DNA from: Planctomycetota bacterium
GTDB lineage: Bacteria; Planctomycetota; UBA1135; UBA2386
Length of the DNA stretch: 64,000 bases
NCBI GenBank assembly: GCA_046290465.1
Contig: JBKAGP010000001.1
Span: 3,840,001-3,904,000, forward strand
Direction: 5' to 3'
Below are positions 48,319-57,622 of this stretch, piece after piece. Under the pieces are notes generated by a model that had not been told where the DNA came from, searched no databases, and was given only the letters and a program-made list of their open reading frames with translations. The position numbers were made by a program, and so were the translations under genes. How positions within the stretch are numbered: position 1 is the stretch's first letter; every line of letters starts with the position of its first letter.

Positions 48319-48426
48319 CGGAGCGCGCCGCAGATGACGTTCGGGGAGACGTCTCGCCGCCTCGCTAGACGAGTCCGGCTCCCCTCGTTATCTCTCTAGA
48401 CCCGCCGCGCCCCGCGGAGAGTCACC

Positions 48427-48972
48427 TTGGTCTCGGACCGCGATATCCCCTTCGGGGACGGGCCGCACGCAGGCCCGCCGCTCGACCAGCTGTTCCCGCT
48501 CGTGCTCAAGGAGCTCAAGCGGCAGGCGGAGGTGCACATGCGCGCCCAGTCGCCGAGCCACACGCTGCAGCCGACCGCACTGGTCAACGAGGTCTACCTG
48601 CGGCTGGCCAAGCGCGACGCCCGCTGGAACGACCGCCAGCACTTCATGCGCCTCGCCGGCCGCGTCATGCGTCAGGTGGTCATCGACCACGCCCGTCTGC
48701 GACAGGCGCTCAAGCGCCGCACCCCGACCGAGCGCGTGCTGCTCGACGACCTCGTCGATGCCTACGAACGGCGCGCCATCGAGCTGCTGGACCTCGACGC
48801 GGCGCTGCAGGACCTGGCCCACAAGCACCCCCATCTGGTCGACATCGTCGAGATGCGCTTCTTCGCCGGCCGCCCGCTCAACGAGATCGCCGAGCTGCTG
48901 CAGGTCTGCGACAAGACGATCGAACGGCGCTGGAAGGCCACCAAGACCATCCTGCGCGAGCGCCTCGAGTAA
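48427..48972 (+). CDS. ECF sigma factor, planctomycete kinase-associated type
   Basis: LFPLV..EL...A, HTLQPTALVNEVYLRL, HF...A.RVMRQVVIDHAR, LD.AL..L, VEMRFFAG....EIAELL, T.ERRW. Confidence 0.9.
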   Translation: MVSDRDIPFGDGPHAGPPLDQLFPLVLKELKRQAEVHMRAQSPSHTLQPTALVNEVYLRLAKRDARWNDRQHFMRLAGRVMRQVVIDHARLRQALKRRTPTERVLLDDLVDAYERRAIELLDLDAALQDLAHKHPHLVDIVEMRFFAGRPLNEIAELLQVCDKTIERRWKATKTILRERLE

Positions 48973-48975
48973 GCC

Positions 48976-50574
48976 ATGGTCGATCCACGCAAGGAACGCG
49001 CGCAGGACATCTACCTGCAGGCGATCGAGCTCGACGGCGCCGAGCGGGACGCGTTCGTGCGCGATGCGTGCCAGGGCGACGAGGGGCTGCTGGTCGAGGT
49101 GCGGCGCCTGCTCGACGCCGAGGACGACGTCGAAAGCAAGTTCCTCGAGCCGCCGAGCATCCCCGAGAGCACCGAGCCGAAGCCGCCGCCGCGCCTCGGC
49201 GAGTTCGTGCTGATCGCCGAGATCGGCCGCGGCGGCATGGGGGTGGTCTACGAGGCGCGCCAGGTCGGCCTCGATCGGCGCGTCGCGGTCAAGTTGATCT
49301 CGCGCTCGCTGACCACGAGCGAACACGACGTGCTGCGCTTCCACCGCGAGGCGCGCAACATGGCGAAGCTGCAGCACCCCGGCATCGTCCAGGTCTACAC
49401 CGACGGCGCGGCCGAGCAGTTCCACTACTTCGCGATGGAGCTGGTCGACGGCCACGACCTCGCCTACGAACTGCGCCTGCAGCGCTCGAGCCGCGCCGAC
49501 GACGGCGACCTGCTGCTGCCGCCCCGCGACGACGCCACCTTCGTGCCGGCTGCCGCGCGGCTGGTGCGCGACGCCGCGCTGGCGCTGCAGTTCGCCCACC
49601 AGAACGGGATCGTGCATCGCGACATCAAGCCGCACAACGTGCTGATCGGCCGCGACGGTCGCACGCGCGTCGCCGACTTCGGCCTGGCCCGCGACGAGAA
49701 CCTCGGCAGCGCCAGCGTCACCGGGGAAGGGGCCGGCACGCCGCACTACATGAGCCCGGAGCAGACCCGCGCCGCGACCCGCGTCGACTTCCGCACCGAC
49801 GTCTACTCGCTCGGCGTCGTGCTCTACGAACTGCTGACCTTCAAGCGGCCGTTCGACGGCACGACCAGCGCCGACGTGCAGCGCGCGATCCGCGTCGAGG
49901 ATCCGGTGCCGGTGCGCCGCCGCAGCCAGAGCGTGCCGCTCGACCTCGAGACCATCTGCCACCAGGCGATGGCGCGCGAGGCGGGCGACCGCTACCAGAC
50001 CGCGCAGCAACTCGCCGACGACCTCGACCGCTTCCTCGCTCACGAGGCAATCGTGGCACGACCGCCGGGGCTGGCCGCGCGCGCGCAAGGCGCTGCGCCG
50101 GCACCGCGTCGCGGTGATACTGGTCGCGGCGATGCTGGCGACGACGATCGTGGTCTGGACCGCGTTCGCGGCCAACCAGCGCACGCAATGGCTGCGCGAG
50201 CAGCGCGCGCCGATCGAGGCGCTGCTCGAGGCGCCGCCCTGGACGCCCGACCGGATCGAAGAGCTGATCGTCGCGCGACGCCACGCCGCCGCGCTGCGCG
50301 AAGACGGGGACCGGACCAGCCTGGCCCTGCTCCGGCAGTTCGATCCCCGCCTGGCGGCCGCGCACGAAGCGTGGCAGCAGGACGGCAACCGGATGCTGGT
50401 CGAGGCGATGGTTGGCAACCCGGGGGCGAACGCGATCGCCATCGACGACGCCAAGGCAATCCAGGCAATCCTGCTGCTGATCGATCTCGGGCGCCTGTTT
50501 CCCGAGGACCAGAGTCTGCAGGACCGCGACCTGACCCTTGCCTTTTGGCCGCGCGTCGCCGTGCGCGCACGTGA
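48976..50574 (+). CDS. Ser/Thr protein kinase; 5' part of a frameshifted kinase-TM-FGE gene (real coding probably ends near 50086)
   Basis: IGRGGMGVVYEA, VAVK, HRDIKPHNVL, DFGLAR, GTPHYMSPEQ, DVYSLGVVLYELLT, DRY. Sequence becomes non-protein-like after RPPGLAARA. Confidence 0.88.
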   Translation: MVDPRKERAQDIYLQAIELDGAERDAFVRDACQGDEGLLVEVRRLLDAEDDVESKFLEPPSIPESTEPKPPPRLGEFVLIAEIGRGGMGVVYEARQVGLDRRVAVKLISRSLTTSEHDVLRFHREARNMAKLQHPGIVQVYTDGAAEQFHYFAMELVDGHDLAYELRLQRSSRADDGDLLLPPRDDATFVPAAARLVRDAALALQFAHQNGIVHRDIKPHNVLIGRDGRTRVADFGLARDENLGSASVTGEGAGTPHYMSPEQTRAATRVDFRTDVYSLGVVLYELLTFKRPFDGTTSADVQRAIRVEDPVPVRRRSQSVPLDLETICHQAMAREAGDRYQTAQQLADDLDRFLAHEAIVARPPGLAARAQGAAPAPRRGDTGRGDAGDDDRGLDRVRGQPAHAMAARAARADRGAARGAALDARPDRRADRRATPRRRAARRRGPDQPGPAPAVRSPPGGRARSVAAGRQPDAGRGDGWQPGGERDRHRRRQGNPGNPAADRSRAPVSRGPESAGPRPDPCLLAARRRART

Positions 50575-51514
50575 CGAGGCCGGCCGGGCGCAGACCGGCC
50601 ACGCGTGGGCCGACCGGCTCGACGTGATGAGCGGCCAGCCGGTCGGACGCCTCGACCTCGGGCCGCTGCCGGTCTCGGACGCCGTCGTGCCCCCCGCCTA
50701 CTACCGCATCGTCGTCGCGATCGACGGCCACGGCTTTCGCGAGTGCGCGCGCAACCTGCGGCGCGGCAGCGGCACCAACCCGATCGAACTGGTCGTGCGC
50801 GACGGTCAGGGGTCCACCGACGGCATGGTCCAGATCGGCGGCGACACGCTGCGGATCCCGGCCGACGAGCCCTTGTGCACCAACTGCGAACGTCCCGTCG
50901 AGGTCGCCAGCTTCTGGCTCGACGAGTGCGAGGTGTCGATCGGTGAGTATCGGGCATTCCTCGCGGCGCACGACGTCAGCCGGCCGTGGGGTTGGGAGTT
51001 CGTGCCCGACGACGACGAGACCAACAGCAAGCCGGTCGCCTACGTCAGCTGGGAACACGCGCGGATGTATGCCGAGTGGGTCGGCAAACGCCTGCCGACG
51101 CACGCCGAGTGGGAGCTGGCCGCGCGCGGCAGCGCCGGCCGGTTCTTTCCGTGGCCGGGCAGCGAGCATCGCGGCGTCACCCGCGGCGGCATCCACACGG
51201 TGCGCAACGACAAGCAGGCCGACATCGTCTTCTACCTGAACGCGGTGCAGCCGGTCCGCAGCGTGCCGGATGCGCGCTCGGTCGATGGCGTCTACCACCT
51301 GTTCGGCAACGTGTCGGAGTGGACCGAGAGCATGGTCGCCGAGACGGTCGAGGGCGTGCTGAAGGTGCGCGACGATCGCCGCTGGGCGCTCGGCGGCGCG
51401 TGGGACATGGAGGCGCTGGGCGAGGACCTCCGCTGGCACGAGAACAAGGGCATGGACATCCACCACTCGTCCGTGCGCAGAGGATTCCGGTGCGCGCGCA
51501 GTGCGCGGCCTTGA
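50114..51514 (+). CDS. Formylglycine-generating-enzyme (SUMF1/FGE-sulfatase) domain protein; 3' part of the frameshifted kinase gene
   Basis: TM segment, then FWLDECEVS..EY, PV..VSW..A..YA.W.GKRLPT.AEWE.AARG, G.YHL.GNVSEWT, GFRCA. Confidence 0.85.
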   Translation: MILVAAMLATTIVVWTAFAANQRTQWLREQRAPIEALLEAPPWTPDRIEELIVARRHAAALREDGDRTSLALLRQFDPRLAAAHEAWQQDGNRMLVEAMVGNPGANAIAIDDAKAIQAILLLIDLGRLFPEDQSLQDRDLTLAFWPRVAVRARDEAGRAQTGHAWADRLDVMSGQPVGRLDLGPLPVSDAVVPPAYYRIVVAIDGHGFRECARNLRRGSGTNPIELVVRDGQGSTDGMVQIGGDTLRIPADEPLCTNCERPVEVASFWLDECEVSIGEYRAFLAAHDVSRPWGWEFVPDDDETNSKPVAYVSWEHARMYAEWVGKRLPTHAEWELAARGSAGRFFPWPGSEHRGVTRGGIHTVRNDKQADIVFYLNAVQPVRSVPDARSVDGVYHLFGNVSEWTESMVAETVEGVLKVRDDRRWALGGAWDMEALGEDLRWHENKGMDIHHSSVRRGFRCARSARP

Positions 51515-51531
51515 TGGAGAAGGAGACCGAC

Positions 51532-51969
51532 ATGACCGACCTGAAGGACGTCCGCTTCGAGTTCGACATCGCCGTCATCGACGGCAGCCTCGACCAGCAG
51601 GGCGGCGTGACCGTTCCGTTCGAGTTGATCGCCGCGCTGCATGCCGAAGCGACCAACCACCAGGTCGACGATCTCGCCGCACAGGACGCGCCCGGCGAAC
51701 TGCAGCAGGCGCAGCTGTTCGCCGACAAGATCGTCGAGATCTGGAACGCGCTCGGCACGGCGACGGCCGGCTGGCAACTGTCCGACACGTTCGAGCCGAC
51801 CGGTGGTTCGCGACCGCCGTGGAAACGCGGCAGCGGCGCGATGTACTCGCTGCTCGAAGTCTCTCCGACCGACAACTCGACCAACGAACTGCTGCGCTTC
51901 GACAACGCCCCGGCGACGCCGCTGCAGCAGGTCACCGTCAAGTTCCTGCTCAGCCTGCAGTTCGTCTAG
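51532..51969 (+). CDS. Hypothetical protein (145 aa)
   Basis: AAGGAG RBS before the ATG, strong GC3 bias, directly after the FGE ORF. Confidence 0.75.
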   Translation: MTDLKDVRFEFDIAVIDGSLDQQGGVTVPFELIAALHAEATNHQVDDLAAQDAPGELQQAQLFADKIVEIWNALGTATAGWQLSDTFEPTGGSRPPWKRGSGAMYSLLEVSPTDNSTNELLRFDNAPATPLQQVTVKFLLSLQFV

Positions 51970-51971
51970 CC

Positions 51972-53072
51972 ATGCCGACGCCCGATGCCCAGAGGGCGCA
52001 GCGACGGTGGCGATGGACCAGTGCCGAAGTGCCGGCCGACGCGACCGGCCTGACGCTGCGCTTCGCCGTCTCGCGCAACGAGATCGTGCCGGAGCGCATC
52101 ACGACGACGCCCGAGATCCGCTACCTCGCCCGCCACGTGCAGCAGCGCACGGTGACGCTGCGCTGGCGGGCCGAGCACCGACCGAAGGGCCGGCTCGTCG
52201 TCAACCTGCCGTTCGCCGGTGCGCTGCCGAGCCTGGTCACGTCGGCGTGGACGCACGACCACACGACGACCGACGAACCGTCCCCTGCCGAGGTCGTCGC
52301 CGACCGCATCCGCTGGGCCCGTGCGATCCCCTCCGATGATCCGGACCGCGACGCGCACGTGTTCTTCGCCGAACTCGACGCGGCAACCATCCCGCACCTC
52401 GAGTCGAGCGACGAGTTCCCCGAGGTCAACGCGACCCGCCTCGCCCTGGTCGCGCGCGAGACCGAGCACGTGCGCGACAAGCTGCTGCAGCTCGCCGGCC
52501 ACCGGCTCGGTCGCGCCGACGCGCCGACGTGGCACGACCGCATCGACGACATCCGCGCGGTGCGCGCGATCATGGAGCCCCTGCTAGAACGGCACTTCGG
52601 GCGCGCGGTCGAGTTCGACGCCACCGGCCTGGAGCAGGCGTTCTTCCGGTTCGCCAAGGGCAAGCTCGCCGAGGGCCAGCCCGAGCCGCACGTGCGCGCG
52701 CCGGACTCGCCGAACTTCCTCTGCTTCGCCGGCTTCGCCCGCCGCGCCATGAGCATGGACGACGCCCCCGCCTACTGGCGGCCGACGTTCGTCGGGATGG
52801 CGCGCGCCGCCGCGATCTACCTGGCCCACGCCAGCAGGCAACCGGGAGCGTCCTACTGGGACGAGTACAGCGCGCCGTCTTCTGGCAACACCGAGCACGA
52901 CGACGCCCGCCTCGTGGCGCTCGGCGGCATGCACAACGGCGACGTCGGCGACCTGACGCTGCGCCTCGGCGACCTGATCCGCGCCTACATGCCGCGCCAC
53001 GTCGCCCGGCTGTTCCCGCCCGGCACGAACTCCGCGGCAGGCTCCCTGCACGGCGACGCGACCGACGGCTGA
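51972..53072 (+). CDS. Hypothetical protein (~366 aa)
   Basis: ATG 2 nt after the previous stop. GC3 bias. Motif-like C-half: AFFRFAKGKL...PDSPNFLCFAGFA...YW. Confidence 0.7.
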   Translation: MPTPDAQRAQRRWRWTSAEVPADATGLTLRFAVSRNEIVPERITTTPEIRYLARHVQQRTVTLRWRAEHRPKGRLVVNLPFAGALPSLVTSAWTHDHTTTDEPSPAEVVADRIRWARAIPSDDPDRDAHVFFAELDAATIPHLESSDEFPEVNATRLALVARETEHVRDKLLQLAGHRLGRADAPTWHDRIDDIRAVRAIMEPLLERHFGRAVEFDATGLEQAFFRFAKGKLAEGQPEPHVRAPDSPNFLCFAGFARRAMSMDDAPAYWRPTFVGMARAAAIYLAHASRQPGASYWDEYSAPSSGNTEHDDARLVALGGMHNGDVGDLTLRLGDLIRAYMPRHVARLFPPGTNSAAGSLHGDATDG

Positions 53073-53116
53073 GGCCCGGACCGCCTGGGCACATCGATTG
53101 CTGGGCCGGCCGCACG

Positions 53117-54994
53117 ATGTCGATCCAGGCCCGCTTCGCTGCGTTTGTGACCACGATCTGTCTCGCTGCCGGGACAGTGCTCGCCCACGGCGGGCAGTAT
53201 CGCGGCCCGTCGTCCACTCCCGGCGTGCCGAGCCGACCGGTCACGCCGGGCAGCCCGGTCGCCGGCGGTCCGACCACCGGCGGCAACGCCAACCTCGACA
53301 TCAACAGCTGGCAGGTCTGGTGGCAGCTCAACCACCCGCGCTTCGTCGGCATCGCCGGCAACGCCAGCGAAGCCGACCGCCGCGACAAGGCGATGCCGGC
53401 GCTGCAGGCGACGCTGGCCGACCACAAGAACCCCGACGTGCTGTCGGCCACGCTGATCGCGATGGGCAAGGCCACGGTCGCCCACCCGACGATCGACCCG
53501 GTCGCCGCGATCCGCGAGCACCTGCCGGACGGCAACGCCGACGTGCGCGAGGCGGCGATCCTGGCGCTCGGCCTCAGCGGCCGCCCCGAAGCCGTCGACG
53601 ACCTGACCGCGCTGCTGCACGACGAACGTCCCGGACGCAAGCTCGTCGAGCGTTCGAGCGTCGACGAGCGCGCCCGCACCTTCGCGGCCTGTGGCCTCGG
53701 CCTGCTCGCCCAGCGGACCGAATCGCCCGAGCTCGCCACCAAGGCGCTGTCGGCGCTGATCCGCGCGCTCGAGGACAAGGGCCTGCGCGAGCGCGACGTG
53801 CTGACCGGGGTGCTCAACGGCATGCGTCTGGTCGGCGACAGCGGCGTCAAGGGCACGCGCTTCAAGCGACTCCGCTGGCAGGCGCTCGACGCGCTGATCA
53901 CGTTCCAGAAGCGGCGCATGTCGTCGAAGCTCGCGGTCGCCCAGTCGCACGCGATGACGGCGATGGCGATGCTGGCGCGAGGCGGCTCGCAGGCCGATCG
54001 CGAACGCGTGGTCGAGGTCGCCCTCGACGTGCTGACGCGGCGCCGCGACGCCGAGACCGAGAGCTACGTCTCGGCGGTGATCGCGCTCGGCGAACTGCTG
54101 CGGCCGACCGACACCGAAGCGCTCGAGGTGCTCGTCAAGCACGTCAAGCGCCCCAAGGACTCGCTGATCCCGAAGTTCGCGATGATCGCGTTCGGGCAGA
54201 TCGGCGGCCAGGTCGCGTTCGAACAACTGCGGGACGGCTTCGTGCGCGGCAAGCGCGACCTGCAGCCGTGGGCCGCGCTCGGCCTCGGCCTGCACGTGCA
54301 CGAGACCAAGGCCCGCCCGGCGCCGGCCCCGGTCGGCACCACCAGCATCAAGCGCGACTGGAGCGACGAGGTCGAGAGCATGCTCGGCGCTGCGATCAAG
54401 TCCGAGAACCGCGACGAGATGCGCGCGGCGATCGCGCTCGGCCTCGGACTGTCGGGCACCACCAGCGCCGCCGAGACGCTGCGCAAGATGGCGCTCGAGA
54501 CCAAGTCCGAGCTGCACAAGGGGCACCTGGTGGTGGCGCTGTCGATGCTCGAGGACAAGCCCGCGATCATGGTCGCCGAAGAGGGCATGGAGACCGTGCG
54601 CGACGCCGTCTACTTCGGCCACTGCGCGCTGGCGCTCGCCGAGTACGGCCGCCGCGGCAACTCGTCGTGGCCGCTCGCCCGCCTGCAGAACCTGCCGCTG
54701 TCGTTCAACTACGTCACCTGGCTCGCCGCCAGCGCGCAGGCGCTCGGCCACCTCAAGAACGCCGCCGACCTGCCGCAGCTGATCGCGACCCTGCAGGCGC
54801 GCAAGGACCGCAACCGCCGGCGCACGGCCGCCGGCCTCGACAACTTCCGTTCGGCGTTCGCCGCTGCGGCGATCGGATCGGTAGTCGACCGCGACCCGCT
54901 CGGCTTCGGCGCGCGCATCGCGCACGGCATGAACTACACCGTGCGCGAGCAGACCATCAGCAACGGCAAGAACGGCATCCTCGACATCTTCTGA
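53117..54994 (+). CDS. Secreted HEAT-repeat protein
   Basis: Signal peptide, then HGGQYRGP...W..WW..N, then repeated VREAAILALGL / FAACGLGLL / WAALGLGL / AIALGLGL helices. Confidence 0.85.
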   Translation: MSIQARFAAFVTTICLAAGTVLAHGGQYRGPSSTPGVPSRPVTPGSPVAGGPTTGGNANLDINSWQVWWQLNHPRFVGIAGNASEADRRDKAMPALQATLADHKNPDVLSATLIAMGKATVAHPTIDPVAAIREHLPDGNADVREAAILALGLSGRPEAVDDLTALLHDERPGRKLVERSSVDERARTFAACGLGLLAQRTESPELATKALSALIRALEDKGLRERDVLTGVLNGMRLVGDSGVKGTRFKRLRWQALDALITFQKRRMSSKLAVAQSHAMTAMAMLARGGSQADRERVVEVALDVLTRRRDAETESYVSAVIALGELLRPTDTEALEVLVKHVKRPKDSLIPKFAMIAFGQIGGQVAFEQLRDGFVRGKRDLQPWAALGLGLHVHETKARPAPAPVGTTSIKRDWSDEVESMLGAAIKSENRDEMRAAIALGLGLSGTTSAAETLRKMALETKSELHKGHLVVALSMLEDKPAIMVAEEGMETVRDAVYFGHCALALAEYGRRGNSSWPLARLQNLPLSFNYVTWLAASAQALGHLKNAADLPQLIATLQARKDRNRRRTAAGLDNFRSAFAAAAIGSVVDRDPLGFGARIAHGMNYTVREQTISNGKNGILDIF

Positions 54995-55004
54995 GGGCCG
55001 CCGT

Positions 55005-56861
55005 TCAGCGGTCGCGGAAGCGCTCGCGCAGCGCGCGCGCCTCGCCGTTGGTCGGGTCGGCGCGCAACGCGTCGGCGATGCTCTTGCGCGCCGCATCGAC
55101 CTCGCCGGTCTCCAGCTGCGCCCGCCCCATCGCCGCCAGCGCCGGCGCGTAGTTGGGCACCTGCTGCAAGAACGCGCGCAGGTGCGGCTTGGCCTCCCGG
55201 TAGCGGAACTCCTCGACCAGGAACATGCCCATCATCAGCCGCGCATCGCGGCTGTCGGGCTCCAGGCGGACCGCGGCGCGGAAGTAGGCCTCACGTCGCT
55301 GGCGCGCGTCGGGCGGCAGCGCGTTGGCCATCGCGAACATCCGCCCCATCGGGTTCTCGCCGCCCATCTGCCGGGCCTGCGCGAGGTGCCGCCGCGCCTC
55401 CGCCTCCTTGCCCTGCACCATCAGCAGCACACCGAGGTAGCCGTGCGCGGTGACGTGCGAACGGTCCTTGTCGACCCGTTCGAGCGCTTGCCGGTAGCGT
55501 TCGGCCGCAGCGTCGAGGTCGCCGTGCAGGTCGAGCGCGGCGCCATAGTTGAGCTGGGTCGGCCCGAACTCCGGGTTGAGTTCGACCGCGCGCGCGTAGC
55601 GCCGCAGCGCCTCGTCGAGCTTGCGTTCGCGGGTCAGCTCCATCGCGTAGAGCGACTGGCTGAAGAAGTCGTCCGGCGCGATCTCGGCGAGGATCTCGGT
55701 GCGCTGCCGCTCGGAGATCGGCTCGCTGACGCCGAGGATCACCGCCAGCGGCGCGAAGAACAGCAGCCACGCCGCGCCGTGCCGCAGCCCCGGCACGACC
55801 TTGGCGCGCAGGCCTTGGTCGATCCCCAGGTCCTTGCCGAGAGCGCTCTCACGCGCCTTCCAGATGAAGCCGTCGTAGTAGTAGTGCAGCAGCGCGAACG
55901 CCACGAACAGCCCGAGCGCGAGGTTGGCCGCGGTGCCGTCGTCCAGGCTGCGCCGGCGGAACAGGTCGAGGCCACCGAACGCCACCATCAGCGCCACGAA
56001 CAGCGCTGCCGCGGCCCACGTCGGCCGGAACAGCGCCTTCATCCACGCGGCGACGCCCGGTCGACGGCTGCGGCCCTGGCAGGTGATCCAGGTGATCGCG
56101 AAGTACTGGATGTCGTGGAACAGCTCGTAGAGCACGTGCGCGATCAGCACGTTGGGCAGCCACGCGAACGCAAACCAGTAGTAGCCGATCGTCGTCGCGT
56201 GCATGAACTGCTTCTGCCAGCTCCACGGCTGGCCGCGCACGATCGTCGCAGCGAGGTTGGCGAGGTATGCGACCACGACCACCGCGACCAGCACGCCGAT
56301 CACGGTCTGCGCTGCCATGACGGTCGTTGCCGCCGGCAGCGGGATCCCGGCATCCAGCGCCAGCTTGCCGAACGTCGCGACCGCGCCGTCGGTCAGCGTC
56401 GCGGTGCCGACGAAGCCGGCGACCACCAGCGCCTTGTCGAGCAGCGCGGTGCGCGGGTGGAACGAGCCGACCTTGATGTCGTAGATGCGCGCGAAGCCGA
56501 ACGCCTGCGCCAGCCAGTGCCAGAACGCCCACGCGGCCACGACGATCATCAGCTGCGGCCCGTAGCCGGCGCCGAACATCCCGATGCAGGTGGCCGCCAG
56601 CACGATCGGCGCGACGACGAAGCGGGTGCGGAAGCGCGCCAGCAGGTCGAGGTCGCCGTAGGCGCGCACGAACGTCGCAAAGTAGTGGCCGGTCGCCGTC
56701 AGCAGGATCAGCTGCGACATCAGCTCGGGACCCCAGGCGCCGCTGGCTGCGGAGACCAGCGGCCACGTCAGGAACGGCACGCCCAGGATGAGCAGGAAGT
56801 CGAACGACGCGGACCGGAACCACGGCGACGCGGCCGGCGATGGGGCGGAGGCGCTGGTCAT
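55005..56861 (-). CDS. His-rich polytopic membrane protein fused to C-terminal TPR repeats
   Basis: About 9 TM segments with HYFATFVRAY, WHWLAQ.FGF.RIY, FHDIQY, HYYYDGFIWK. TPR-like YARAVELNP and ALRADPTN. Confidence 0.8.
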   Translation of the reverse strand: MTSASAPSPAASPWFRSASFDFLLILGVPFLTWPLVSAASGAWGPELMSQLILLTATGHYFATFVRAYGDLDLLARFRTRFVVAPIVLAATCIGMFGAGYGPQLMIVVAAWAFWHWLAQAFGFARIYDIKVGSFHPRTALLDKALVVAGFVGTATLTDGAVATFGKLALDAGIPLPAATTVMAAQTVIGVLVAVVVVAYLANLAATIVRGQPWSWQKQFMHATTIGYYWFAFAWLPNVLIAHVLYELFHDIQYFAITWITCQGRSRRPGVAAWMKALFRPTWAAAALFVALMVAFGGLDLFRRRSLDDGTAANLALGLFVAFALLHYYYDGFIWKARESALGKDLGIDQGLRAKVVPGLRHGAAWLLFFAPLAVILGVSEPISERQRTEILAEIAPDDFFSQSLYAMELTRERKLDEALRRYARAVELNPEFGPTQLNYGAALDLHGDLDAAAERYRQALERVDKDRSHVTAHGYLGVLLMVQGKEAEARRHLAQARQMGGENPMGRMFAMANALPPDARQRREAYFRAAVRLEPDSRDARLMMGMFLVEEFRYREAKPHLRAFLQQVPNYAPALAAMGRAQLETGEVDAARKSIADALRADPTNGEARALRERFRDR

Positions 56862-57046
56862 GGGACGAGGTCGAGAAGCATAGCCCGCCGGAGCGACCGC
56901 GGCTGCCGCCGTCGGCATCGGACACAGCCTGTCCGACACAGCCGGTCTGCCGCCAGCGGCGTGGGCCCGCCATGCAAAGGCGTGCGATCGCCCTCGCCAT
57001 GCCCACCGGCCATTGCGTCGCCGAGCACCACCCCTAGGGTGCGCAG

Positions 57047-57622
57047 ATGGGCCCGGCCGACCACCACGACCTGCAGCAGGTTCGCGACGCGATCGCGCGC
57101 GAGCCTGCGGCCGTCGCTTGGTTGACCGAGCGGCTGCAGCGCATCCCGCGCTACGTCGCCGGGCTCGCCCGCCGCTTTGGAGCCCTCACCGACGAGGACG
57201 TGCAGGACATGAGCTCCGAGGTCACGACCGCGGTCCTGCGACGCCTCGCCGAGTTTGGCGGGCACTGCGCGTTCGACGCCTGGGTCAACGTGTTCTGCCA
57301 GAACACGCTGCTCGGCTACGCCCGCCGCCGACGGCGGCAGCGGATGCCGTCCCTCGAGGTCGAGCCGGCGACCGCCGACTCGGCTCCGATCGACGAAGCC
57401 GAACGCCGCGAACGTGCCCGGCGCCTGCGCGACTCGATCGACCGGATCGGCGGCGCCGAGGCCGACGTGCTGCGGCAGCGCCACTTCGACGGGCTCGATT
57501 TCGGAAACATCTCGGAGCGCACGGGCACACCCGTGGCGACCCTCCGCACCCGGTACTATCGAGGGCTCCGCAAGCTCAAGGACATGCTGACCGACGAGGA
57601 CGTCGGGGAGGCCCCGGTATGA
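57047..57622 (+). CDS. ECF-type RNA polymerase sigma factor
   Basis: DVQDM..EV...VLRRL.EF...C.F.AW...FCQN (region 2). LRH..GLDF..ISERTG.PVATLRTRYYRGL.KL (region 4). Confidence 0.88.
   Translation: MGPADHHDLQQVRDAIAREPAAVAWLTERLQRIPRYVAGLARRFGALTDEDVQDMSSEVTTAVLRRLAEFGGHCAFDAWVNVFCQNTLLGYARRRRRQRMPSLEVEPATADSAPIDEAERRERARRLRDSIDRIGGAEADVLRQRHFDGLDFGNISERTGTPVATLRTRYYRGLRKLKDMLTDEDVGEAPV

Noticed and set aside
30929..48368. Very long ORFs 30929-34381(-), 38414-41953(+, 5' part), 44925-48368(+) and 45025-48183(-)
   Set aside because: Arg/Ala/Gly-rich, motif-free, and overlapping well-supported genes in other frames. They are shadow ORFs.
50114..51514. FGE domain as the sulfatase-maturing enzyme or as a DGR target
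   Set aside because: It is the ectodomain of a kinase fusion and lacks the recognisable catalytic Cys-rich core of true FGE. No reverse transcriptase or template/variable repeat pair was seen in the window.
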